Shown: positions 33,938 through 43,433 of the stretch, piece after piece
Layout: each line of letters begins with the position of its first letter
Position numbering within the stretch: position 1 is the stretch's first letter
The notes under the pieces: model-generated
Told to the model about the DNA's origin: nothing
The model's input: the letters and a program-made list of their open reading frames with translations, nothing else
Database searches by the model: none
Translations under genes and position numbers: made by a program
Assembly (NCBI GenBank): GCA_965221125.1
Contig: CBDCRW010000005.1
Coordinates: 288,001 to 352,000, forward strand
Reading direction: 5' to 3'
DNA from: Alphaproteobacteria bacterium
GTDB lineage: Bacteria > Pseudomonadota > Alphaproteobacteria > UBA828
Length of the DNA stretch: 64,000 nt

Positions 33938-35245
33938 ATGGCCGTGGACCTGGCTCAGGCCGCGAAACAGAAGAAGATCCGCTATTTCCTGATCAGCTTC
34001 GTGGACCTCTTCGGCGTGCTCAGGGCGAAGCTCGTGCCGGCCGCGGCGATCGGCGCCATGCAGGCCGACGGCGCGGGCTTCGCCGCCTTCGCCGCGTGGC
34101 TCGATTCGACGCCGGCCGAGCCCGACATGCTGGTGAAGCCCGACCCCGCCAGCCTGATCCAGCTGCCGTGGAAGCCGGAGGTCGGCTGGCTCGCCGGCGA
34201 TTGCTGGATGAACGGCGAGCCCATGCCGGACACGCCCCGCCTCAAGCTCAAGAGCACGCTGGAGGCGGCGAAGAAACAGGGGTATCGGGTCAAGACCGGG
34301 GTCGAGGCCGAGTACTTCATCGTGAGCGCGGACGGCACCGCGATCTCCGATGCGCTCGATACCCAGGCCAAGCCCTGCTACGACCAGGCGGCGCTGATGC
34401 GGCGCTACGACGTGGTCTCGGAAATCTGCGACGCCATGCTGAGCCTCGGCTGGGGGCCCTACCAGAACGACCACGAGGACGCGAACGGCCAGTTCGAGAT
34501 GAACTGGGAGTACGACGACGCGCTGGTGACCGCCGACCGCCACGTCTTCTTCAAGTACATGGTGAAGTCGCTGGCGGAGAAGCACGGGCTGCGCGCGACC
34601 TTCATGCCGAAGCCGTTCTCCAATCTCACGGGCAACGGCTGCCACGCCCACGTCTCGGTCTGGAACAATTCCGGGCGGAAGAACCTGTTTCACGACGCGA
34701 AGGGGGAGCTTGGCATCTCCGCGCTGGGCTACAAGTTCCTCGGCGGCATCATCCACCGGGCGCCGGCGCTCTGCGCGATCTGGAACCCGACCGTGAACAG
34801 CTACAAACGGATCAACGCGCCGGTCACGCTCTCCGGCGCCACGTGGTCGCCCAACCAGGTGGCCTACGGCGGCAACAATCGGTCCACCATGGTGCGCATC
34901 CCGGATGCCGGGCGCTTCGAGCTGCGGCTGATGGACGGCGCGGCCAACCCCTACCTGCTGCAGGCGGGCGTGGTCGTCGCCGGGCTCGACGGCATCGAGA
35001 ACGAGCGCGATCCCGGCGCGCGGACCGACCTCAACCTCTACGCCGAGGGCCACAAGCTGCGGGGCGCGCGGAAGCTGCCGCTCAACCTGCTGGATGCGCT
35101 CAGGCTCTTCGAGAAGGACAAGGTGGTGCGCGCCGGCTTCGGCGAGAGCTTCGTGAGGAGCTACGTCAAGCTCAAGACACGCGAGTGGAACGAATACGCC
35201 GGCACGATCTCCGACTGGGAGCGCAGCAACACGCTGGATTGCTAG
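33938..35245 (+). CDS. glnT: GlnT-type glutamate-ammonia ligase / gamma-glutamylmethylamide synthetase-like
   Basis: RAKLVPA, GAGFA, YQNDHEDANGQFEMNW, ATFMPKP, GNGCHAH, NPTVNSYKR, RFELRLMDGAANPY. Confidence 0.88.
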   Translation: MAVDLAQAAKQKKIRYFLISFVDLFGVLRAKLVPAAAIGAMQADGAGFAAFAAWLDSTPAEPDMLVKPDPASLIQLPWKPEVGWLAGDCWMNGEPMPDTPRLKLKSTLEAAKKQGYRVKTGVEAEYFIVSADGTAISDALDTQAKPCYDQAALMRRYDVVSEICDAMLSLGWGPYQNDHEDANGQFEMNWEYDDALVTADRHVFFKYMVKSLAEKHGLRATFMPKPFSNLTGNGCHAHVSVWNNSGRKNLFHDAKGELGISALGYKFLGGIIHRAPALCAIWNPTVNSYKRINAPVTLSGATWSPNQVAYGGNNRSTMVRIPDAGRFELRLMDGAANPYLLQAGVVVAGLDGIENERDPGARTDLNLYAEGHKLRGARKLPLNLLDALRLFEKDKVVRAGFGESFVRSYVKLKTREWNEYAGTISDWERSNTLDC

Positions 35246-35352
35246 CGAGCGTCCGTCATCGACGGACGCTCGCTAGGCCGCGATAGCGGCCCGCCGCGAA
35301 TGCGGCGCCCTCGCGGAGGCGCTGGCCGCAGGCCAGCCGCCGTGAGCGAAAA
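35242..35352. repeat. Structured intergenic element, copy 1 (short variant)
   Basis: Perfect 16-bp-arm palindrome 35242-35276 containing the glnT stop, then a core shared with copies 2 and 3. Confidence 0.8.
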
Positions 35353-35398
35353 AGGGGCAAGAGCGCCTCTGTATAAGACGAACACGCTCAAGGGCGGC

Positions 35399-35483
35399 TG
35401 GTGCGGGCGGTGAGACTCGAACTCACACTCCCGAAGGAACGGGTTTTTGAGACCCGCGCGTCTACCGATTCCGCCACGCCCGC
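35399..35483 (-). tRNA. tRNA-Leu(CAA)
   Basis: GCGGGCGTGGCGGAATCGGTAGACGC...CT-CAA-AA, long variable arm, GTTCGAGTC, 3' CCA. Confidence 0.96.
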
Positions 35484-35560
35484 TTGCGCGCCAGCCGTAG
35501 CACCCGTCATAGCGCCTTGGTGCGCGCAAGGCCACCGCGCTTGAGAAAAGTGATTAGCTT

Positions 35561-35738
35561 GAGCGCGTCCGTCTGAGACGGGCGCGCGATAGGCCGCGAC
35601 CGCGGCCCGCCGCGTATGCGGCGCGCCCGCGCAGGCGCCGGCCGTCGCGCCGATAGGCGCGCGCAAGCGCACGACGGCCGGCTGCCGTGAGCGAGAAATG
35701 CTTAGAGCGCGTCCGTCTCTTGCGGACGCGCTCTAAGC
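35561..35738. repeat. Structured intergenic element, copy 2
   Basis: Near-identical to 42406-42545; terminal palindrome 35700-35738 contains the ppx stop codon. Confidence 0.88.
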
Positions 35739-37298
35739 ACCCGTCTCCAGCGAGAGGGTGCAGCCGAGGGCGCGGGCCAGCGCGTCGGCCGCCGACAGCG
35801 CCTTGCCCGACACCAGCGGCCGGTGCTCGGGCGCGATGCGGAGCACGAGGCGGTCCTCCTCCGCCGCAAGCCGCGATCCGTCGAGCACCGCAGGCTCCCC
35901 GCAGGAGAGCCGCTCCGCCAGCCTGAGCGCGAGCCCGAGGGCGCGGGCCTCGGCCTCTGCCCCGTCGGGCAGCAGCCGGCTCGCGGCGCGGTCCGCCTCG
36001 GCGGGGAGGCCGGACTTGTAGCGCTGGGCCACGGCGAGCGCGAGGAAGACGCGGCCCGGATGGTCGATGCCGACGAAGGGCGCGCGCGCGATGCGCTGGA
36101 AGGCGTCGGCCGCGCGGAGGTCCGGGTGCTGACGCCAGGCGATCTCGGAGAGGAAGGCGGCCGCCGGCAGCACGCCCCGGTGCGCTTCGAGGGCAGGCAG
36201 CGTCGCCCGCGCGAGCCAGGATTGGAGCGCCTCGGCATAGGCGAGGGAGCGGCCGTCGCGCCGCGCGATGGCGCGGCAGGCGTCGTGCAGCGGGTCCTGC
36301 GCGCGCACCGCCTGCGGCAGCCTGTCGAAGAGCAGGCCCTCGCGCAGCCCGAAGGCGGAGAACAGCACGTCGCTCGGCCGCGCGCTCTCCAGCAGCGCGA
36401 TCAGGACCGAGGCGCCGCTCGGCACGGTCGCGAGCCGCCGGGGCCACATGCCCTCCGGCCCCGGCTTGAGCGTGGCGGGATCGGCAACGGCGAACGCCTT
36501 GGCGGCTTTGCGGGCTTCCGCCGCCGCCATGCGGTAGTGATGGACGACGGCGATGGGGTGCTGCTCGGCGGCCATGCGGAGCCGCGCCAGCGCCCGCCAC
36601 GCACCGCCCACGAGGTAGACGGGCTCGCCCCGCACGCGTTCTAGCCAGTTGAGCGCTTGCAGCCGTTCCGCCGCGAGCGCGGCGCGGCGGCCGGGCTTGA
36701 GGCTGCCGAGGCGGAGCACGCCGAGCGGGAGCGTCGCGTGCTCGGCAAGCTTTCCCTTCTCGAGGCGCACCAGCTCGAGGCTGCCGCCGCCGAGGTCCGC
36801 CATCAGCCCGCTCGCGCCGGGGAACGCCGAGACCACGCCGAGCGCCGCGTAGCGGGCCTCTTCCTCGCCCGTGAGCACCCGGAGCGAGAAGCCGGCCTCG
36901 CGGGCCACGGCCGCGCGGAAGCGCTCGCCGTCGCTGGCGTCGCGCACCGCCGCCGTGGTCACGGCGTCGAGCGGGCCGACGCCGAGCGCCCGTGCTGCCG
37001 CGGAGAAGCGCCGCAGCGCATCGAGCGCGGGCGCCACCGCGTCCGGCGCGAGCGCCCCGGTCTCGCCCAGGGTAGCGCCGAGGCCGCACAGCTCGCGCTC
37101 GTTGAAGACCGGCGCGGGTGCGCGCGTGAGCCCTTCGAAGACCACGAGGCGGATCGAGTTCGAGCCTACGTCGAGCACGCCGTAGGGCGCTTTGGCAGCC
37201 GCGGCAACGGCCGCCGGCGCTGACGGGAAGCGCTCGGGCCCGACTGCCAACGGCGCCGCGTCGGCCATGAGGCGGGCGGCCCCCTGCTGCTCCGTCAC
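35733..37298 (-). CDS. ppx: Exopolyphosphatase (Ppx/GppA family)
   Basis: [34 protein letters not shown]; downstream of ppk1. Start uncertain. Confidence 0.92.
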   Translation of the reverse strand: MTEQQGAARLMADAAPLAVGPERFPSAPAAVAAAAKAPYGVLDVGSNSIRLVVFEGLTRAPAPVFNERELCGLGATLGETGALAPDAVAPALDALRRFSAAARALGVGPLDAVTTAAVRDASDGERFRAAVAREAGFSLRVLTGEEEARYAALGVVSAFPGASGLMADLGGGSLELVRLEKGKLAEHATLPLGVLRLGSLKPGRRAALAAERLQALNWLERVRGEPVYLVGGAWRALARLRMAAEQHPIAVVHHYRMAAAEARKAAKAFAVADPATLKPGPEGMWPRRLATVPSGASVLIALLESARPSDVLFSAFGLREGLLFDRLPQAVRAQDPLHDACRAIARRDGRSLAYAEALQSWLARATLPALEAHRGVLPAAAFLSEIAWRQHPDLRAADAFQRIARAPFVGIDHPGRVFLALAVAQRYKSGLPAEADRAASRLLPDGAEAEARALGLALRLAERLSCGEPAVLDGSRLAAEEDRLVLRIAPEHRPLVSGKALSAADALARALGCTLSLETGA

Positions 37299-39454
37299 GC
37301 GTCGTCCGGCTCGCCGCTCGTCTCCGCCACTGCACGCAGCGGCTCGCGCCGCGCCGTGCCGCGGCCGGAGAGCGACGGGTTGGTCATGAAGAAGCGGTGG
37401 GCGTTGAAGGGATCGCCATCGGGCGCGAGCCGGGTGAAGGCACCGTCAGCGTCGAGCGTCCAGCTCTGCTCGTTGTCCCTGAAGTTCGCGGTCATGATCT
37501 GATCGAGGATCTGCTCGTGCACCGTCGGGTTCTCGATCGGCACCATGAGCTCGACGCGCCTGTCCAGGTTGCGCCCCATCCAGTCGGCCGACGAGATGAA
37601 CAGCCTGGCCTGCGGCGAGGGCAGGCCGTGGCCCGCGCCGAAGCACATGATGCGGGAGTGCTCGAGGAAGCGGCCGACGATGCTCTTCACCCAGATGTTC
37701 TCCGAAAGCCCCGGCACGCCGGGGCGCAGGCAGCAGATGCCGCGCACCACCAGGTCGATGGAGACGCCTGCGGCGGAGGCGGCGTAGAGCGCCTCGATCA
37801 CCTCGGGGTCGACCAGCGAGTTGAGCTTGACCCAGATCGCCGCCGGCCGGCCGGCGAGCGCGTGGGCGGCCTCCGCCTCGATCAGCTCGTCCAGGGCGGA
37901 GCGCATGCCGAGCGGCGCCACCGCGAGCTTCTCGTAGCGTTCCGGCGCGGCGCCGCCGGTCAGGTAGTTGAAGAGCAGCGCCGCATCGCGGCAGAACGCC
38001 GGCTCGCAGGTGAAGAACGAGAGGTCCGTGTAGATGGCGGCAGTGATGGGGTGATAGTTGCCGGTGCCGTAGTGGACGTAGCTGCGCAGGCCGTCGGCCT
38101 CGCGGCGCGCCACCAGCGATGCCTTGGCGTGGGTCTTGAGGTCCATGAAGCCGTAGACCACCTGGGCGCCGGCGCGCTCCAGGTCACGCGCCCAGCGGAT
38201 GTTCGCCGCCTCGTCGAAGCGCGCCTTGAGCTCGACCAGCGCAGTGACGGACTTGCCCGCCTCCGCCGCCTCGATCAGCGCGTTCACGATGGGCGAATCG
38301 TTGCTGGTGCGGTAGAGGGTTTGCTTGATCGCGATCACGTCCGGATCCCGCGCCGCCTGGCGCAGGAACTGGACGACGACGTCGAAGCTCTCGTAGGGGT
38401 GGTGGACGAGGATGTCCTTGGCCCTGATCGCGGCGAAGCAGTCGCCGCCGAAGTCGCGAATCCGCTCGGGGAAGCGCGCGCGGTAGGGCGGGAACTCGAG
38501 GTCGGCCCGGCCGCACTTGATGAGCATCGAGATATCCGCGAGCCCGAGAATCCCCTCGACCTTGACCACGTCGCGGCGGTCGACGTGAAGCTGGTCGGTG
38601 AGGAATTCCAGCATGCTGAGGGGCATCGTGGAATCGACCTCGAGCCGGATGACGCTGCCGCGGCGGCGCCGCTTGAGCGCGCTCTCGAACGAGTGCACCA
38701 GGTCCTCCGCTTCCTCCTCCAGCTCGATGTCGCTGTCGCGGACGATGCGGAACCGGCCCACCGCGCGCGGCGCGAAGCCGGGGAACAGCCGGTCGAGATA
38801 AAGCTCCACCACGTCTTCCAGCGCGATGAAGCGAACCTCGCCCCGCTCGCCCTCGGGCAGGCGGATGAAGCGCTCCACCTGGCTCGGGATGCGCACCAGC
38901 GAGGGCACCTGACGCCGGGTGCCCTGCTCCACCAGCTCGAGCGCCAGGCTGAAGCCGAGATTCGGGATGAACGGGAAGGGGTGCGCCGGGTCGATCGCAA
39001 GCGGCGTCAGCACCGGGAAGAGGCGGTCGATGAAGTAATCGTCGAGCCACTGGCGCTCGTCGTCGCGAAGCCGGTCGGCGGAGAGGATCGCGATGCCCGC
39101 CTCGGCCAGCTCGGCGCGGAGCGCGAGCCAGCGCTCCTGCTGCTGCGCCATGAGCCGATTGGCGCGCGCGTTGACCGCGCGAATCTGCGCCGCCGGGCTG
39201 AGGCCGTCCTGCGAGGCGTCGAGGATGCCGGCCTCGACCTGGCCGTGCAGCCCGGCCACGCGGACCATGTAGAACTCGTCGAGGTTGGACGCCGAGATCG
39301 AGAGGAAGCGCAGGCGCTCGAGCACCGGGTGGTCGAGGTTCTCGGCCTCCTCCATCACCCGCTCGTTGAAGGCGAGCCAGCTCAGCTCGCGGTTGATGAA
39401 CTTGTCGGACGGCGCGAAGCTCCTTGGCTCGACCGCCCGCTTGGCTTTCGCCAT
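37295..39454 (-). CDS. ppk1: Polyphosphate kinase 1
   Basis: [62 protein letters not shown]. Start set at ATG 39454. Confidence 0.97.
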   Translation of the reverse strand: MAKAKRAVEPRSFAPSDKFINRELSWLAFNERVMEEAENLDHPVLERLRFLSISASNLDEFYMVRVAGLHGQVEAGILDASQDGLSPAAQIRAVNARANRLMAQQQERWLALRAELAEAGIAILSADRLRDDERQWLDDYFIDRLFPVLTPLAIDPAHPFPFIPNLGFSLALELVEQGTRRQVPSLVRIPSQVERFIRLPEGERGEVRFIALEDVVELYLDRLFPGFAPRAVGRFRIVRDSDIELEEEAEDLVHSFESALKRRRRGSVIRLEVDSTMPLSMLEFLTDQLHVDRRDVVKVEGILGLADISMLIKCGRADLEFPPYRARFPERIRDFGGDCFAAIRAKDILVHHPYESFDVVVQFLRQAARDPDVIAIKQTLYRTSNDSPIVNALIEAAEAGKSVTALVELKARFDEAANIRWARDLERAGAQVVYGFMDLKTHAKASLVARREADGLRSYVHYGTGNYHPITAAIYTDLSFFTCEPAFCRDAALLFNYLTGGAAPERYEKLAVAPLGMRSALDELIEAEAAHALAGRPAAIWVKLNSLVDPEVIEALYAASAAGVSIDLVVRGICCLRPGVPGLSENIWVKSIVGRFLEHSRIMCFGAGHGLPSPQARLFISSADWMGRNLDRRVELMVPIENPTVHEQILDQIMTANFRDNEQSWTLDADGAFTRLAPDGDPFNAHRFFMTNPSLSGRGTARREPLRAVAETSGEPDDA

Positions 39455-39575
39455 TCGGCTGCTCCCGCGTCCCTGCATATGTGGCGTGATTCGCGGTTTC
39501 CTACAATACGGCGATCGCTGCCGCGAGACAAAATCGCACCGTGCCGGTGTCGCAGCGGTGCTTGCGCCCTGCGGC

Positions 39576-40271
39576 TCAAGTCTCGGGCGGCGTGCCGGAG
39601 CCGGCCTCGCCGCGCGCGAGCACGCTGCGCACGAAGGGCACGGTGACCGGCCTGCCTTCGGCGAGCGCCGCGCGATCCAGCCGTTCCACGAGGCGCGCCA
39701 CGGCCTCGAAGGTGCGCTCAATGCGGGGCACGACGTAGGCAGGCACCTCGGGCGCCACCACGATCTGCCTGTCCGCGAAGAGCTTGACCATGAGGGCGGC
39801 GAGCAGCGCGTCGTCCGGCAGGCCGATCGCCACCGCCGGCGCCAGGCGCAGCCGGGAGACGAGATCGGGGAGCGTGAGCGGCCAGAGCGCCGGCGGGGCC
39901 AAGGCGGTGAGCAGCAGGTGGCCGCCCCGCTCGGCGACGTTGTTGTAGGTGTGCAGGAGGGCGCGCTCGTCGAGCGGCGCGTCCAGCCCGTCCACGACCA
40001 GCGCGCCCGGCGCATCCCCGCCGCCGGTCGAGGCCTGAGTGAGAGCAGACGCATCGAGGGTCTCGGCGCCGCTGCGGCGCCGCCAGACCTCGGCGAGATG
40101 GCTCTTGCCCGAGCGGGGCGGCCCGTGGATCACGAGCGCTGGGCCCGGCCACTCCGGCCAGCGGTCGAGCCACGCCACCGCCGCCTCGTTGCAGGGCGCC
40201 ACCAGAAAATCCTCCCGCCCGAGAGCGGGGCGGACGCCCCAGTCGAAGGTGCGCTGTTGGCTAGCCCGCAT
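39576..40271 (-). CDS. hdaA: DnaA regulatory inactivator Hda/HdaA
   Basis: [45 protein letters not shown]; synteny with ppk1. Confidence 0.9.
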   Translation of the reverse strand: MRASQQRTFDWGVRPALGREDFLVAPCNEAAVAWLDRWPEWPGPALVIHGPPRSGKSHLAEVWRRRSGAETLDASALTQASTGGGDAPGALVVDGLDAPLDERALLHTYNNVAERGGHLLLTALAPPALWPLTLPDLVSRLRLAPAVAIGLPDDALLAALMVKLFADRQIVVAPEVPAYVVPRIERTFEAVARLVERLDRAALAEGRPVTVPFVRSVLARGEAGSGTPPET

Positions 40272-40283
40272 TTCTCACCAAGA

Positions 40284-41519
40284 TCAGCTTGCGTCATTCT
40301 CGGCGCCGTGTTCGGCCTCGCCTGGGGCAGATTCGTCAGGCGCTTTCGGCTCCGGTTCGGCGGCACGGGGGGCCAGCACCCACTCGTCCGCCAGGGGCTC
40401 GAGAGCCAGGTCGTTCTGGTCGAGGGCGAGGCGAAGCTGGTCGGCCGTGCCGTGGTAGCGGAGGGTGAGCCGGGCCTCGCGCACCGAGAGGGAGTCGATC
40501 TCGACCGCGGCGACCATGGCGAGCGCCGCGAGGCGCTGCTGGATCGAGACCCATTCGCCGAGGCTCGCGATCGGAACGGTCGCCTGGAGCGCGTGGTCCT
40601 CGCCGTAGCGGATCAGGTTCGCGGCCTTCCAGGCGTCCTCCAGCAGAGTGACGATCCTGTCGGTACCGCGCTCCAGCAGCGCGCGTTCGCTCTCGTCCGC
40701 GCGGCCGATCAGCGTCTTCTGGACTGCTCCGTTTCCGCCCGCCGCGATCCGGCGCAGCGAGAGCGTGAGCGCGCGCCCGGCCGCCGGGGTCTCGCCGTCC
40801 GCACCCTCCGCCTCCTCTACAGCGGGCGCGGAGGGTTTTGCAACGGCTGCGGAGCCCGAAAGCCCGGCGACCGCGACGGCCACCTCGCTCGTGCCGTAAA
40901 GATCGCCGAGCGCGGTCAGTGCCTCCGTGTCGGACGCCAGCGCCCGCGCGGCGTCCACCGTGCCGAGGTCGATGATGTCGCCGAGCGGCAGGAGGATCGG
41001 CACCAGGCCGCCGTGGGGCGGGCGCTCCTCCCACGCCCGGCGCCAGCGGTTTCCGACCTCCCACAGTTTCGTGCCGCCGGGGTCGCGCTGAACCGCCACG
41101 ACGAGGACCGGCTTGCTCACGGTCTCGGCATAGGCGATGCCGCTCTCGCGCAGCAGGCGGCGCACCTCGGTGGGGTCGAAATCCACGGTCAGCGATGCGC
41201 GGTAGCGGGTGGTCGAGACCAGCTCGCCGTCGATCTCGAAGCCGGCGACCATCGCTGCGATGGAGTCCGCGGGCGGCGCCGGCAGAGGCGTGCCTGCGAC
41301 CGTGAGGCGGCGCAGCAGGACCTCGAGCGCGGCGTGCTGGCCGGCCGCGATGGCAAGCTCGCGCGCTGCCGCCGACGACGCGGCCTCGGCATCGATGGGA
41401 ACATGGGCGACGGTGAACACGCCCTCGCCCCGCGCCACGCCGGCGGCGAGGAACAGCGTCAGCGCGCAGACGAGCGCGATGCAGCGCGAAGCGGTGGCGA
41501 GACGTGCCGGTCCACCCAT
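40284..41519 (-). CDS. DUF2066 domain exported protein
   Basis: Signal peptide, FTVAHVPIDAEA, RYRASLTVDFDP, PLGDIID; usual position between hda and pur genes. Confidence 0.75.
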   Translation of the reverse strand: MGGPARLATASRCIALVCALTLFLAAGVARGEGVFTVAHVPIDAEAASSAAARELAIAAGQHAALEVLLRRLTVAGTPLPAPPADSIAAMVAGFEIDGELVSTTRYRASLTVDFDPTEVRRLLRESGIAYAETVSKPVLVVAVQRDPGGTKLWEVGNRWRRAWEERPPHGGLVPILLPLGDIIDLGTVDAARALASDTEALTALGDLYGTSEVAVAVAGLSGSAAVAKPSAPAVEEAEGADGETPAAGRALTLSLRRIAAGGNGAVQKTLIGRADESERALLERGTDRIVTLLEDAWKAANLIRYGEDHALQATVPIASLGEWVSIQQRLAALAMVAAVEIDSLSVREARLTLRYHGTADQLRLALDQNDLALEPLADEWVLAPRAAEPEPKAPDESAPGEAEHGAENDAS

Positions 41520-41684
41520 CGTTCAGACCCTGTCATCCGGCCGGGCGGGATAGGGCCAGTAGCGGCCCCCCGATGGCGGCCCCGGACCCGCGCCTCAGGG
41601 TATCATGGGGCCAGGAGCAAGACGACCGGCGGCAGCGACCGACGGTAGACATCGGACGCTTGCCGGACGGCGGCGGGAGGCGAC

Positions 41685-42338
41685 ATGGCGCGGCTGAAGG
41701 TAGGCGTCCTGATCTCGGGCAGCGGGACCAACCTGCAGGCCCTCATCGACGATTGCGCCCGCGCCGATGCGGTGAGCGAGATCGCGCTCGTGCTCTCCAA
41801 CCGGGCCGACGCCTTCGGGCTCACGCGAGCCGCAGAGGCCGGTCTGCCGCATTGCACGATCGATCACCGGGAATACGGCACGCGGGCGGATTTCGAGCGG
41901 GCGTTGAGCGCGGCGCTGGAGGCGAGCAGCGTCGAGCTGGTCTGCCTCGCCGGCTTCATGCGCGTGCTCACGGCGGAATTCGTGGAGCGCTGGCGCGACC
42001 GGCTGATCAACATCCACCCCTCGCTGCTGCCCGCGTTCAAGGGGCTGGATACCCACGCGAGGGCCATCGCGGCCGGTGTGCGCATCGCCGGCTGCACGGT
42101 TCACTTCGTCCGCCCGGAGGTGGACAACGGGCCGATCGTCGTCCAGGCGGCGGTGCCGGTCCAGCCGGACGATACGGCGGAGAGCCTCGCGGCCCGCGTG
42201 CTGCGCGAGGAGCACCGCTGCCTGCCGCTCGCCGTGCGCCTGATCGCCCAGGGCCGGGTCTCGGTCGCGGGCGAGCGCTGCGTCATCGATGCGGCGGGGC
42301 CGGGCGGCGCACTCGTCAACCCCGCGCCGGAAACATAG
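41685..42338 (+). CDS. purN: Phosphoribosylglycinamide formyltransferase
   Basis: LISGSGTNLQAL, LAGFMRVL, INIHPSLLP, GCTVHFV, DNGPI, EHR. Confidence 0.96.
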   Translation: MARLKVGVLISGSGTNLQALIDDCARADAVSEIALVLSNRADAFGLTRAAEAGLPHCTIDHREYGTRADFERALSAALEASSVELVCLAGFMRVLTAEFVERWRDRLINIHPSLLPAFKGLDTHARAIAAGVRIAGCTVHFVRPEVDNGPIVVQAAVPVQPDDTAESLAARVLREEHRCLPLAVRLIAQGRVSVAGERCVIDAAGPGGALVNPAPET

Positions 42339-42349
42339 GCACATAAGGA

Positions 42350-42381
42350 GAGGGCCCGGAACCGTCCGGCTCCGGGCCCTT
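42350..42381. terminator. GC-rich hairpin between convergent purN and phasin genes
   Basis: AGGGCCCGGA...TCCGGGCCCT inverted repeat. Confidence 0.5.
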
Positions 42382-42403
42382 CGTCATGCGTTGAAAGGTG
42401 CCG

Positions 42404-42581
42404 CTAGAGCGCGTCCGATCTTGACGGACGCGCGACAGGCCGCGACAGCGGCCCGCCGCGTATGCGGCGCGCCCGCGCAGGCGCCGGCCGTCGCGCCGGT
42501 AGGCGCGCGGAAGCGCAGAACGGCCGGCTGCCGTGAGCGACAAAGAGTCCAAGCGTTTCCGTGTCAAACGGAAACGCTTTA
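42404..42581. repeat. Structured intergenic element, copy 3
   Basis: Core shared with copy 2; terminal palindrome AAGCGTTTCCG-7-CGGAAACGCTT abuts the phasin stop. Confidence 0.88.
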
Positions 42582-42995
42582 GACGGCGGGCTTGGCGTAG
42601 CGCTCGACCAGATCCTCGGTCCGCGCGCGGATCGGCTCCATCGTCTCGCCGGTGGTCTTGACGGTCATGTCCGCGATGCGGTTCCCGGCAGCCATGGAGC
42701 GCTCGAACGCGCCCTTCGCCTGCACGGTCTGGACGTCGGTGAGCTCGGCCCAGCTGCGCGCGCCCATGATGGCCTCGGCGGCGCCGGCCTGGGCCGCCAT
42801 GGCCTCCTTGGCGAAGTCGAACCAGGCGGCGCCGATGGCGCCGTAGCCCTTCGCCGCGATGGTGGAAGCCTCGACCATGCTGTCGAAGCTCGCCCGGCTC
42901 TCCTCGGCGATGGTCTCGAAAGAGAGGTTGCCGTTCCAGGGGGACTTGGGGCCGTTCGCGGCGGCCTTGCTCGTGGCGTCGGTCTTGGCGGTCAT
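42579..42995 (-). CDS. phaP: Phasin (PHA granule-associated protein)
   Basis: Small Ala-rich helical protein with ARSWAELTDVQ and EPIRAR; PhaR-like sites upstream. Confidence 0.78.
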   Translation of the reverse strand: MTAKTDATSKAAANGPKSPWNGNLSFETIAEESRASFDSMVEASTIAAKGYGAIGAAWFDFAKEAMAAQAGAAEAIMGARSWAELTDVQTVQAKGAFERSMAAGNRIADMTVKTTGETMEPIRARTEDLVERYAKPAV

Positions 42996-43060
42996 CGGTT
43001 CATCCTATCGCGTTGCTGTTGTTCTCGGCGATGCGCGTCGCCCCGAGGCGCGTTGCCATA

Positions 43061-43115
43061 TTGCGCTGCAGCATCATGTTGCGCTGCAATATACTCGAGT
43101 CGCGCCGACCGTCAA
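43061..43115 (-). promoter_or_regulatory. Phasin promoter with PhaR-like operator repeats
   Basis: TTGACG-16 nt-TATATT followed by two copies of TGCAGCGCAA (TGC-N3-GCA). Confidence 0.65.
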
Positions 43116-43193
43116 GTACTTGTGGACGTGAAAATTCACCCGACGCAGCCTTTCGTTGCCGCCGCGCCTGGGCTGTGGCAATGTCGCGCCCGC

Positions 43194-43268
43194 GCCGCCG
43201 TAGCTCAGGGGTAGAGCACTCCCTTGGTAAGGGAGGGGTCGGAAGTTCGATTCTTCCCGGCGGCACCA
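43194..43268 (+). tRNA. tRNA-Thr(GGT)
   Basis: GCCGCCGTAGCTCAGGGGTAGAGC...TT-GGT-AA...GTTCGATTC...CGGCGGCACCA. Confidence 0.97.
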
Positions 43269-43433
43269 TTTCATCTCAAGCACTTGGCGGCAATCGGCTA
43301 ACCCCGGAATGCGGCGATAACTGTGCGAACGCACAGAAACGCCCTTCATCCGTCCGCGGAACATCCCCTCCTGAGCAGCTGGAGCTGCCCTTGGCGGCCG
43401 CCCCGGCACCCGTGCTGGGGCATGGTCTGAGAG

